A stretch of 63,543 nt of DNA, filler included, from Octopus bimaculoides (taxonomy: Eukaryota): assembly GCF_001194135.2 (NCBI RefSeq). It is 6 parts of 6 records of this genome, joined end to end, with 100 filler letters (N's around TTAATTAATTAA, not from the genome) between each part and the next. Parts side by side here need not be neighbours in the genome. Positions count along the whole stretch, not along the records: positions 33,542 to 59,710 come from NC_068995.1; 5 more parts are not named here. The stretch is one strand, 5' to 3'. The first letter of the stretch is position 1, and the number at the start of each line of letters is the position of its first letter. The position numbers and the translations under genes were made by a program. This document shows positions 37,638 to 49,131 of this stretch, piece by piece. The notes beneath the pieces were generated by a model, which was not told where the DNA came from, did not search any database, and was given only the letters and a program-made list of their open reading frames with translations.

Positions 37638-37709
37638 AGGGAGAGAAAGAGGGAGAGAGAGGTGAGAGGGACAAGAAGGAAAGTCAAAGTGACAGGCAGA
37701 AACAATCTG

Positions 37710-39005
37710 GAAATGATGATGATGGTAATAATGAAGTTGATAATGTTAATGAAGATGATGATGATGGTGGTGGTGGTGGTGATGGTGGTATTGGTGATGG
37801 TGGTGATGTGGTAGTGATGATGATGATGATGATGATAATGGTGGCGACGATGATTGTGATGATGATGGTAATAATGAAGCTGATAATGCTAGTGGAGATG
37901 ATGATGATGATGATGATGATGGTAATGGTGGCGGTGATGATGATGATGCTAGTTGTATTGGTGGTGGTGCTAGTTTGACAGTTGATGTCATGTTGACCTT
38001 TTTAGAGGTTGTAGACAAGTTGAATTAATTAAGCATGTAGTACAGGTAGGAAGACATGGAGCTTAGACTAGAAAAACGGGGTGGACGAGGCGGGGTGAGG
38101 AGAGGGTATAGAGANNNNNNNNNNNNNNNNNNNNNNNNNNNNNNNNNNNNNNNNNNNNNNNNNNNNNNNNNNNNNNNNNNNNNNNNNNNNNNNNNNNNNN
38201 NNNNNNNNNNNNNNNNNNNNNNNNNNNNNNNNNNNNNNNNNNNNNNNNNNNNNNNNNNNNNNNNNNNNNNNNNNNNNNNNNNNNNNNNNNNNNNNNNNNN
38301 NNNNNNNNNNNNNNNNNNNNNNNNNNNNNNNNNNNNNNNNNNNNNNNNNNNNNNNNNNNNNNNNNNNNNNNNNNNNNNNNNNNNNNNNNNNNNNNNNNNN
38401 NNNNNNNNNNNNNNNNNNNNNNNNNNNNNNNNNNNNNNNNNNNNNNNNNNNNNNNAGGATGTAGGAGGAAGTTGAACTTTTTAATGTTGAGAAGTAGTGA
38501 TGGTGGTGGCAGTAATTGTTGTGCTGAGTGTTAGTGGTGGTGGTCGTAGCGGTGGTGGTAGTTGTGGTGAGAATGGTAGTGATGGGGGTGATAGTAGTGG
38601 TGGTAGTGGTAATAGTGATGGTAGTGGTGATATTGGTGGTAGTGGTAGAGGTAGTAGTGGGAGTGGTGGTGTTCATGATGGTAGCGGTAGTAGTGGTGGT
38701 AGTGATAGTTGTGGCGGTGGTGGTGTTCATGATGGTAACGGTAGTAGTGGTTGTGGTTGTGTTGGTGGTATTGCTTTGGTGATGGTTGTAATATGTGGTG
38801 ATGGTTGTGCTGGTGATGGCAGCGGTGGTGGTGATGGTAGTGGTAGTGGTTATGGTAGTGGTGGCAGTGGTGATGGTAGCGGTGGTGATGGTACTGGTAG
38901 TGGTGGTAGTGGTGATGGCAGCAGTGGTGGTGATGGTAGTGGTGGTAGTGGTGATGGTGGTGATGGTGGTAGCGGTGGGGCTGGTACTGGTGGTGCTGTA
39001 TTAAT
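37710..39005. repeat. Long (GAT)/(GGT)/(AGT) trinucleotide low-complexity tract, interrupted by a gap
   Basis: Read directly; it accounts for the G/S/D-, V- and T-rich ORFs. Confidence 0.9.
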
Positions 39006-39863
39006 GACTAACAACCACACCTGACGATTTTACCTTTGAAGTTTAGTCTCAATGTGTGATGAACGGACACTGCTTGGCTTAACACCACCACCTGACACTT
39101 TGGGTACCTTTAGTGGACCCCACTCAGTTTGTAAACATCAGGCCGTGTTTCCAGTTTGGGGACACCTTTCTCTCTCTTTTTCTACCCACCTCCTACCCGT
39201 CTTGGAGGCCCTGTAAAGGCTCACGGGCACTATCTTTCTGGTTAAAGGTTAAAAAATAATCTATGATGATTATGATGATGATGATGACGATGATCATTAT
39301 AATCATGATCATCGTCGTCATCATCATCTTCATCGTCTTGACCATTATTGTTGTCATCATCAACAGCATCGTCATCATAATCATCACCATGATCTCATTT
39401 GTGATCATTATCATCATCACGCATTGTCGTCGTCGAGGTTGATATCTTCGCATGTCACCACCACCTGTCTATCACACAATACTCAAGTAGCCGTAATCGT
39501 TTCCCTGTATAGCTTAATGTCTATTACGTCTAGCGTGGTCAGGTGAAAGCATTGTTTACTAAATTATAATAGTAATGAGAACAAAACTCACTAGTGATAA
39601 ACAAAATTAATTTCAAAAGCAGTAAGGGAGATAATTCAAAAAAATTTTCAATTGATTAAATATTAAATGTATTTCTGCTGGCAGATCAAGGACCCAAATA
39701 ATATTTGATTCCCCGCGGCGAATTGTGGCTGCGTCGGTGAGGTGGGTACACCAATTTACCCATTTTGCAGATTCATCTTAGTTGAGATAATATTGTGATA
39801 TATTGTTCTTTATTCTTATCTCTTTCAACTACTTGCTTTTAACTTCGCTGTTATATATATATA

Positions 39864-39924
<61 letters not shown>

Positions 39925-40779
39925 NNNNNNNNNNNNNNNNNNNNNNNNNNNNNNNNNNNNNNNNNNNNNNNNNNNNNNNNNNNNNNNNNNNNNNNNNNNN
40001 NNNNNNNNNNNNNNNNNNNNNNNNNNNNNNNNNNNNNNNNNNNNNNNNNNNNNNNNNNNNNNNNNNNNNNNNNNNNNNNNNNNNNNNNNNNNNNNNNNNN
40101 NNNNNNNNNNNNNNNNNNNNNNNNNNNNNNNNNNNNNNNNNNNNNNNNNNNNNNNNNNNNNNNNNNNNNNNNNNNNNNNNNNNNNNNNNNNNNNNNNNNN
40201 NNNNNNNNNNNNNNNNNNNNNNNNNNNNNNNNNNNNNNNNNNNNNNNNNNNNNNNNNNNNNNNNNNNNNNNNNNNNNNNNNNNNNNNNNNNNNNNNNNNN
40301 NNNNNNNNNNNNNNNNNNNNNNNNNNNNNNNNNNNNNNNNNNNNNNNNNNNNNNNNNNNNNNNNNNNNNNNNNNNNNNNNNNNNNNNNNNNNNNNNNNNN
40401 NNNNNNNNNNNNNNNNNNNNNNNNNNNNNNNNNNNNNNNNNNNNNNNNNNNNNNNNNNNNNNNNNNNNNNNNNNNNNNNNNNNNNNNNNNNNNNNNNNNN
40501 NNNNNNNNNNNNNNNNNNNNNNNNNNNNNNNNNNNNNNNNNNNNNNNACAAACTGTGCCCTGAAAAAGGTCATTATGATTCATCTTCTCGATCGTGACAT
40601 TTTCCCTTAAATCTCTTTCAAGTTTTGCATGCGTTATCCTGGCGTCTACAAACGCTTTCACGCCACATATATATATTCTCATTTTTGAACGGTCTGCGAC
40701 ATCTTGAGTTCTTTCGACAACAGCAGAAAGTAATATTGGTATTATTGCAGATACTATTATTGTTGTTGTTGTTGTTGTG

Positions 40780-40836
<57 letters not shown>

Positions 40837-40869
40837 TATATCACTCAATGGATTAGACTGTTGGAAATG

Positions 40870-42630
40870 AAAAGGATCCTAACATCGGTCTACAACAAGT
40901 AGCTTTAGATGCCAAGAACTCTCCTACTGGGTAACAGCAAGTAACTTTAGATGTCAGTAACCCTCCTAAGTATCCTAGCTGTCGTCCCTAATAACACTGT
41001 TTTCTGCAGCTGTACTAAACTGGGTTTTATGCCTATTTCCTTTATCCATCTGTTCAAATCTTTAGGGATAGTTCCCAATGCACCTGTAACTACTGGGATA
41101 CATTTTACCCGCACTTTCCATAGCCTCTGTGATTCAATAGCCAGGTCCTGGTACTTTGCTCTTTCTTCTATACTTCTCAAATGAATTTTTTCATCATTTG
41201 GGATTGTAAAGTCAATTATCTGGCATTTTCTATTCTCTATATTTACTACTACCAAATCAGGTCTTCTAGCTTCTAATTACTATGTCAGTATGAATGTTAA
41301 AGTCCCACAACACCTTATATTTTTTACTTTCTAGTACTTTACCCTTTTCATGTTCCTACTATTTGTCAGTTTGTTCAAATTCTAACTTTCTACATAGCTC
41401 CCAGTGGATCGCTCTCCCTAGATTGTCATGTCTTGTATTCTTTCTGTGTCAGCATGCTACATTCACTTGTTATATGAGTAACGCTTTCCTCTTTTGATTT
41501 GCATAATCTACATTGGGAATCTACTTGGTTTTGTCTATCTTGGCTTTTATCCAATTACTCCTTAATGCTTGATCTTGTGCTGCTACCAACAAACTTTCTC
41601 CCTGTTCAGCTTTCCTTTCTGCAGCCATAACCATGTCTCACTACCAGTATTTGCTGAAATTGTATCAGGGAATCTACCATGCAACGCCTTCTCCTACCTG
41701 TCAGTTTGGTGTTTTGGTTTCCCTATGTCTTGCTGTGACTCCAGCAGCTTTTGATAAACTTTCTTCACTATTACCCTACATAAGAGTCTATATCTACTCT
41801 AGTTAACTCCACGCAGTTTTCTATTGATATTAACCCACGTTCACTTTCCTTTCTAGGTAGGTATAATCTTCCTTTCTAGGTAGGTATAATCTACTCCTGC
41901 CCTGAGGTGGAATCCTCCATTCATATTGAATTCCTTCCTAGTTCTGTCTAGCTTTGCTAATTCAGTTTTTGCCCCATCTACAAAAGCTGCTGAGTATCTA
42001 AGTAATGATAGCGCCTTCACTAGATTCGGACCATTTAGCTTTGACTTCATTAGCTTCCTCTTCCTTCTGATGTGCTCCTTCTCAATTTTCGTTAACATTT
42101 CTGTAGTTAGTACTCTGTCAGATTCTAATACTCCTAGATACTTATAACTCCTTCCTCCTTTCAAAGATCTTAATGTCTGGCCATCTGGTAATTGGATGCC
42201 TTCACTGTTGACTATCTGTCTCCTTCTCATGACTAATATTGCACACTTTTCTATACCAAATTCCATGCCTATGTCTTTGATGAAGAGTCTTACAGTCTGT
42301 GTTAAGGAATCTGTCTCTTTTTCATTCTTACTAAAAAAGCTTCAGATCATCCATGTAGAGCAAATGGCTAATTTTTCAATTGCTATTTCTGAACTGATGC
42401 CATGCTATTGCCTTCCTTAATATTAAACTGAGGGGGATTAAACATAAGACAAATATTAAAGGGGACAACGAGTCCCTCTGGAAAATTCCTCTTTTGATAT
42501 TAACTTTCCCTAAGAGTGTGCCACCTGAGTAGAGATTCTACTTACCATTTCTTCATGCTAAAGCTAATTAATTCTCTTATGTTGTCTGCTATACTGAATA
42601 TAGTAGACATTACCCTCTCGCATTCCATAT
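40870..42630 (-). mobile_element. Dong/R4-like LINE A: 3' half (RT, CCHC remnant, REL, 3' UTR), next to (TAA)n at 40780-40840
   Basis: HLLYMDDLKL (~42340-42365), MEFGIEKCAIL, YKYLGVLESD, AAQDQAL, VLWDFNIHTD, PDLVVV...IIDFTIPND...KYQDL, and PVVTGALG...LQKTVLLGTTARILRRV*. Many stops and frameshifts. Confidence 0.92.
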
Positions 42631-45480
42631 AGTCTTGCTATTTCTACTTTCAATTCGGAGTACTTGGTGATTTTTTCAGCCTCTTAACTCACAACATTCA
42701 TGTCATTTGGTATGGCTACATCAATGATCTGACAGTATTTGTCTCTCGTATTCAATAGGACAATATCCGGCCGTCGGTGTTCGATTACATGATCCGTCTG
42801 AAAATCATAGTCCCAGGGTATCGTTACTTTTCCAGCCTTCTGCATAACTTTACTTGGTACATGCTCATACCACTTCTCTGTTATTTCATTTTGGTATTTA
42901 CGGCATAAGAGCCAATGAAAATACACATACACACTTTATCGTGGCGGTGCTTGTATGTGCAAGGCTCTCACATCCATTTACCAAGTGGGTCACATTTTCC
43001 ACACTCTTTCCACGGAGTCTGCATTTCTAGGTTTCAGAAGTTTTATAGGTGTAATACTTCACTGACTTGGTAGTGAAAGCCTGATCTTGTGCAGCAATGA
43101 TCAGGCTTTCGGTGGTACGCTTCAAATCCCCCCGCTCAAGCCATGCCCACGATGCTGTATTATCCTTAACATCTTGTGTATTCCTTTCAAATTGTCCATG
43201 CATTCTCATTTCAAGAAGGTCTTCTTTTCTCTTCTCCTCAGCTCTTTGGTTAAACTCTTTCTTGCTCATCATTTCATCTGCATTTACAGCCATATCTTCC
43301 GCGGTATATTGCAGCAGGTTTTCATCACAATTTATCAAATACTCGGCAAGCGTTCTCCTTTCACTCCTTATATAATGGTCAATACTCATTAGTCTTCTGC
43401 CACCATTCTTTCTTTTCATACAGTCTGTTTACGTTTGTTTTAGGGTATAGCGTCTCATGCAGCGTCATCAACTTTCTCGTCTTTATATCCAGTGTTGATA
43501 TTTCCTCCTTAGTCCATTTGAGGATGGATGTACTATATCTGACCACCACAACTGCCCAGGTATTCATTGCAGTAATCAAATGTTTGGCATTCAGGTTGGA
43601 TTTCAACACCATCTTCACCCTTTTTTGATACACCTCACTGACCTTGACTTTCATTTCTCTGTGTAGAATGTCATCCAGTTCCAAAACCCCTAAATATCTA
43701 TATCCACTACCGTCGGGTCCACCCATGGTTTCCTCATTTGGTAACCGAAATCCTCTGCAGGCTGCTTTCGTCCCTCTTTTCATATTAAGTACAGAGCATT
43801 TGGTAATCCCAAATTCCATACCGATGTCCCTACTGTTTTGGTTAAGGAATCTATCTGTTTTTCGGATTTCCCAAACAATTTCAGGTCATCCATAAACAGA
43901 AGATGGTTTAATGATGAGCCTTTCTTCCCACATCGCTAACCCATCATGACTTTCTTAAGTGTCCTTGTTATGGGTATTAGTGCAATTATAAACGGTAACA
44001 GAGAAACCGAGTCACCTTGTAAGGTGCACCTTTTAATATTAACTTCTCCAAGGAATACATTACTTGAGTACAATTTGGTTTTCCACTCTTTCATGCTATG
44101 CAACAGAAAATTTGTGATATTGTCAGCAACACCAAACATCTGCAGGCATTCAACGATCCAAGAATGAGGCATCCCTTTTATGCACCACACTGTTTCCCCA
44201 AAATCCGCTCCAGAACTCCTTGGCTTGATTTGCATCAGGAGCAACATTTTCCCCATTGTCTCCTAACGTTCGGAAGAATTGCTTTGGGTTATTTTTGAAC
44301 AATTTGTTCTCCTTGAACTGCTTATTTCTGTTCACAAATCTTCTGACTTTGTGGCTTTTTGCCATGATCTTCTGTTTTAACTACTCTATTACTGCATTAA
44401 ACCTGTTCTTCCATATTTTACATTTCTTCTCTAATTTTTCTCAGTCAGTCTTTTCCCCTTTTTTCCAGTTTCCTCTTAACCATTGCTCAACTTTCCTAAA
44501 TCTTGCGTTGCCCACATTATGTCCCTTTCAATGCGTCGTTTCCACCATAGTTCTTTTGCTCCACCATTTTTTTGGTTTCTTAAGTTGAAATTTCTCCTCA
44601 ACAAGTCGTGCAATAGCTCGGAGAAGATTTCTTGTTTGTGTTATGTCCTCCGTTTGGATGTATGGTATGACAGTATTTATCTTTTGTGTTACTTTATTTA
44701 TCATACTCCTATCCACCCTTCTCATATTCATGGGGATTTTTCTTCTGGAGCATTCATCAACTCGGTGAGTCGTCTTTGAATTTCAAGCAATTCCTTATCT
44801 AGTTGGTTCATTTCCCCAGCATGTCCACCCACCATAGTATCAGGGTTTACTGTATAACATTCCTGTTCCTCCTCCTTAACAACCCCATCACCATTTCCCT
44901 GTTCCTCCTGTCTACTCTTCTCCCCGCTTTCAACTTCTACTTCTCTGTTTTCGACTCTGATCACCCTTTGTAACCCATCCGCAGGGTGTCTCAGACTTTC
45001 AGGGTGTCTCAGACTTTCAGGGTGTCTCAGACTCTTAAGGTGTCTCAAACTCTCACTAATCCGAGATATTTCTACTCCATTTAAGTAACCCTTTCTCCTA
45101 ATCACTCTCACTTGGTGCATTAGTTTATTTTCTGACATTGGACACATGTCCATTTCCATCCAAAATTTCAAGGTATGTCGACCTACTCCGCAACTTCTTT
45201 CCAGCTTTGCTCGTTCATGACATTCAATAAGTGTATCGTATTCTTCCTTCGTCCATTTATGTCTGTTTTTGCGCACATCGTGTATGTGATCTGTTGTGAC
45301 ATAACGATCGTCCGAGGTCAGATCATTGCCCCTGATTCGGGTGGTTTCGGACGTGCCAGGCGGGAAACCTTCACAATGATCGGCTGTAGCTCCATTCTCG
45401 CCGTTAATTCTTTCATTGTTGTGTTGCATCGTGAAATCATGAGTCCTTCGTGGGGTTCCCACGAGAGTTGTTTTTGAGAT
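42631..45480 (-). mobile_element. Dong/R4-like LINE B: near full-length but frameshifted, 3' end truncated against element A
   Basis: N-terminus RNRHKWTKEEY...SENKLMHQVRVIRRKGYL; NKLFKNNPKQFFR; GDSVSLLPFIIALIP; HLLFMDDLKL (~43877-43906); IIAAQDQA; CRL[R]..ENVTHLVNGC; HRRPDIVLL...IIDVAIPND...KITKYSEL. Confidence 0.95.
44981..45052 (-). repeat. 18-bp tandem repeat inside the LINE B ORF, encoding (ESLRHP)n
   Basis: cagggtgtctcagacttt x3 plus one diverged unit; the protein reads ESLRHLKSLRHPESLRHPESLRHP. Confidence 0.9.
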
Positions 45481-45659
45481 ACCATCTCTCTCTTTCTCTT
45501 TTAATTTGTATATACATGTGCACATGTATGTACATATACACACACACATATATATATAAATAACGTACTTGCATTGAGTTACCTCCATAGCCACACTGAT
45601 TATCATTATGACCATCGTTCTACGTACAGCATTTAAAAATATCAATAATAATATGGGCC

Positions 45660-45930
45660 CCGGTATATTGCAGCAGATCTTCCTCACTACTTATCAAATA
45701 CTCAGCCAGCGTTCTCCTTTCACTCCTTATACAATGGTCTATACTAATTAGTCTTCTGCCATCATTCTTTCTTTTCATATACAGTCTCTTTGCGTTTGCA
45801 GTTAACACTTAATACTATCTTTTGCGTTCCCTGCATGAACGGTAATCCAAGGATCATTCTCAACTAATTTTTAGTTCTTTTAGTGATCATTTCAAGTGCT
45901 CCCACAATCACTGGTATTGTAACCGTCTTG
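45660..45930 (-). mobile_element. Two short Dong/R4-like fragments (C): a paralogue of 43310-43440 fused to a REL C-terminal piece
   Basis: KRLYMKRKNDGRRLISIDHCIRSERRTLAEYL is nearly identical to element B. 45800-45930 reads LKTVTIPVIVGALEMI...TQKIVL. Confidence 0.8.
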
Positions 45931-45951
45931 AGATGCTTATCATCATCATCA

Positions 45952-45999
<48 letters not shown>

Positions 46000-46009
46000 N
46001 NNNNNNNNN

Positions 46010-46740
46010 CATTTATTATCAGTTTTTAGGTTGTAGTGTTGGCATATTGTCCAGTGGATATAACTACTTACTCGGTCGTGTCTGTATATATATTCAGATT
46101 TGGCAAGGACTGGGCAGCCAGAGTTGATGTGGTCAAGTGTCTCATTGGGCTGGTGGCACATTCTGCATCTGGTGTTAGGACCTGTTTTCATTATTTTTCT
46201 TTTATAGTTGTTCGTTGTCAGACACTGGTCTTGTGCAGCGAGGATCAGTCCTTCCGTTTCAGCTTTCAGTCCAGAGCTTTTGAGCCATTATTGGCTTTTA
46301 CTTCGGCTCACTTCTTCTCTGTCGAGCCTTGCAGGGTATTGACAATGAAGTGCATTTTCTCTTCATTTCTTCTTTAGTATGTTTCGTAATTCTCTTTTCA
46401 TGTTGTTTTTTTTTGTCTCATTGACCATTTCTACTTTGTCGTCTAAGATCAGGGTATCAGTGTAATTTGTTTCTGTTTTATATCTTGCCACCTCCCTCTG
46501 TATGGAGAAAAGCGTTTTCTTTTTCTGGGGTTGCTTTATTACATGCAGTAGTTTTCCACTTTTGTTTCTAAGTACTTTTCTAGTCCAACTGTTGTTATTT
46601 GACAGTAGTTTTCTATATGTATCAGGCCACAGTCTCCTTCTGATGGAGGTAGATATATTCTGTGTGTGTGTCTGCTTTGGGGTGGTAGTTTCGGTATGCT
46701 GTTAATAGTTTTCTGGTTTTTCTACCTAAGTTTCTCAATT
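46010..46740 (-). mobile_element. Dong/R4-like fragment D (intact CCHC knuckle region)
   Basis: AQDQCLTTNNY...CRMCHQPNETLDHINSGCPVLAKSEYIYRHDRVSSYIHW; its downstream end meets a short gap and (TAA)n at 45940-45999. Confidence 0.88.
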
Positions 46741-46789
46741 CACTGATTTTTTCAGTTTATTATGTTGAAGCTATAATCTATAACTGGTG

Positions 46790-47181
46790 TCTATGAATAA
46801 TATCCATATCCTTGATACCCAGTTTCTTTAAATATCGAGGACCTTTCTTACAACCCTTGCTGTTCCAATTAGAGCAGATTTCTGACTAAGTGAAACTCTC
46901 GTAGTTGCACCAATCTCAATAAGGGAACTGCCAAGTCTGTTGGTGACGGTACCCAGGGAACCTATAACAACTGAGATTACTTTTGTAAGATCTCTCCACA
47001 GTCTTCGTATTTCCCTGGCCAAATCCTGATATTTTCCTATTTTCTCCTCTTTTTTGACCACTGTTGATTGCACACTTTTCTCCCTTGCCTAGAACCATAA
47101 TATCTGGTCGCCTTGCATGAAGTTCGCGATCAACCTATACATTAAAACCTCATAAAATCTTATACTGGTCGTTCTCTGCAG
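46790..47181 (-). mobile_element. Dong/R4-like 3' fragment E (REL domain and 3' UTR)
   Basis: ENDQYKIL*GFNV*VDRELHARRPDI...KIGKYQDLAREIRRLW...VVIGSLG...QKSALIGTARVVRKVLDI*. Confidence 0.88.
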
Positions 47182-47486
47182 CAGTGCTTCTCAAACTACC
47201 TGATGTGGCGTACCGGTAGTTTTTTTTCCACTGTGCCAAGGACCGGTAATATTTCTTAGTAATATAAATTTATACCGGAAGCAAATATATAATGAATATA
47301 ATAAAAGTTGACAACTTTTTTTTTTATCTTATATTTATTTTGTAAACAATATTTCATAAAATATTTCATAAGCATTTTATAAGTATTTTATAATGTTTCT
47401 TTCTTTTCTTGAAACTCGCCGCGTACAGGCAGCTGATGACTCGCAAACCAGCACCGGTCCGCGGACCACCACTTGGAGTAGCACTG
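47182..47486. mobile_element. hAT (Charlie-like) MITE between Dong fragments E and F
   Basis: TIRs cagtgcttctcaaa / ttggagtagcactg. The flanks ctctgcag and gtctactg match only 5/8. Confidence 0.75.
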
Positions 47487-47947
47487 GTCTACTGAACATG
47501 TTCTACCCTCATGTCAATTCTAATTTCTCCAGCTTATTTCTCATACTTGGTTGTTAGTGCTCCCACTGCCCCTACAAGGACTGGGATGACAGTTGTTCTC
47601 TTCATTACCCATATTCTTGCAATTTCGCCTTTTAGTAGCTTGTATTTTCTCATCTCTGCCAGGTTTTTGTCACTCACTCATGTATCCTCAGGTATGGTAA
47701 TATCTATAATCTTGGTTTCCTTCTTCTAATCCACTACAACAATCAATTAGAGCATCAGTTAGTGAGTCACATGGGATTGTAAAATCCTACAAGATCTTAT
47801 ATTCATTATTCTCAGTGACATTATTCTCACACAATCTCCAATGAACAAACTTAGTCACATTATCGTGCCTCCTTTTGTATTCCTTTTGGGGCAGTTTGCT
47901 ACTTTCACTCACAATATGTGAGCTTGTTTCGTTTTTACTGCCACGCA

Positions 47948-47949
<2 letters not shown>
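47487..47949 (-). mobile_element. Dong/R4-like fragment F with its 5' junction in (TAA)n
   Basis: NETSSHIVSESSKLPQKEYKRRHDNVTKFVHWRLC...EYKIL*DFTI...GEIARIWVMKRTTVIPVLVGAVG. Confidence 0.85.
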
Positions 47950-47984
<35 letters not shown>

Positions 47985-48060
47985 GAGTGAGAGAGCAGTG
48001 CATGCCATCAAAGTGACACTGGGGTAAAATATACTTATTATTGTTATTATTATTATTATT

Positions 48061-49093
48061 AGTTGTTTTCAGTTGTGTTTGTTTGTCCGTAGACAAGATA
48101 TCTCAAGAACCGCTGGATGGATTCGGATGAAACTTTCAGGGATTTTTGACCTCGTGACTGGCACGAATTGATTAGATTTTGGGATCGATCCGGTACTAGA
48201 CTAGGCTTCTGGATTATTTGTTATATTTACTTTACTTTACATGAGGTATTACGATCTTACGTTGATTTTCAAGTCTGTTCTGATTATCTCCTTTGAAAGT
48301 ACGCTCATGGTTTCCACGTGGGTTATGGTGGCGTTGCTGTTTCCAAAGTCTTATTTTCGTTTCTTTATTATTAATTAATTTTACTCGTGTCTCTATCTTA
48401 GTAGAAACTGATGGATAAAGAAATCAAACTACATAAAGACACGGCAGTAAAACCGTTCAGAAATTAAATGACACTAACGTATTCAGTAACAATAATTTAT
48501 TTAATTTATCCTCGACAATTTTTAGTTTTACCAATTTTGAATGTATCGTTCCTGTTTAAAACCTCTTACCTACTTGACAATTGCATTTCTAGCTCAGCTT
48601 TGAAGGAACCTTTACTTCTTGGACTCATGTTTTTGTGCGCAACGATATTGTTAAACCTCCGTTAACAGCACTGTATGCAGGTCCTTTCCATTTTCTTTCA
48701 CGCACGGGTAAATTTTTCACTATAGATCTTAATGGTCGTAAAGACACTATATCAGTGGATAGACTAAAAATGGCCTTAATAGAAAAAAAAAACTGTCCCT
48801 GTTCCCACTACAAACGACACACATACAGCATTACAAACGCAGCCCGCACACCTACCTCCACATTCCATGACTGCCATTGGGATTGATCAGGTACCAGACA
48901 AGGATTCTGGATTATTTTTCCTGTTTCTTTTTTACTTAATATTAGAGAGCGGTCGGGTCCATTTTTAGTATTCTGGTTTGTGAGAGCAGTCAAGTTTATT
49001 TCAGATATTCTCATTTTAAAAATCATCTCCGGCTAATCATTGAGAGGACGTTTGTGTTGCCTTGGCGGAGGTTTGCGCTTCCTGAGTGCTCTT
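48061..49093 (+). mobile_element. Two partial DINE/HINE-like elements (48061-48420 and 48878-49093)
   Basis: GTTT/GTCC tract then tggatggattcggatgaaacttt. A shared motif gggatYgatcMggtacYagacWaggMttctggattatt occurs at ~48181 and ~48880, and the 3' end is ccttggcggaggtttgcgc...gagtgctcttgtt. Class inferred from layout. Confidence 0.45.
48590..48800 (+). mobile_element. Gypsy LTR-retrotransposon integrase C-terminal (GPY/F) fragment
   Basis: WTHVFVRNDIVKPPLTALYAGPFHFLSRTGKFFTIDLNGRKDTISVDRLKMA matches the VFVR.D....PL...Y.GPF......K.F......G....VS.DRLKPA pattern. Confidence 0.85.
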
Positions 49094-49094
49094 G

Positions 49095-49131
<37 letters not shown>

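Noticed and set aside
44728-45687. 319-aa ORF as a host gene
   Set aside because: The downstream part is the LINE B N-terminus; the upstream ~65 codons are microsatellite or flanking read-through.
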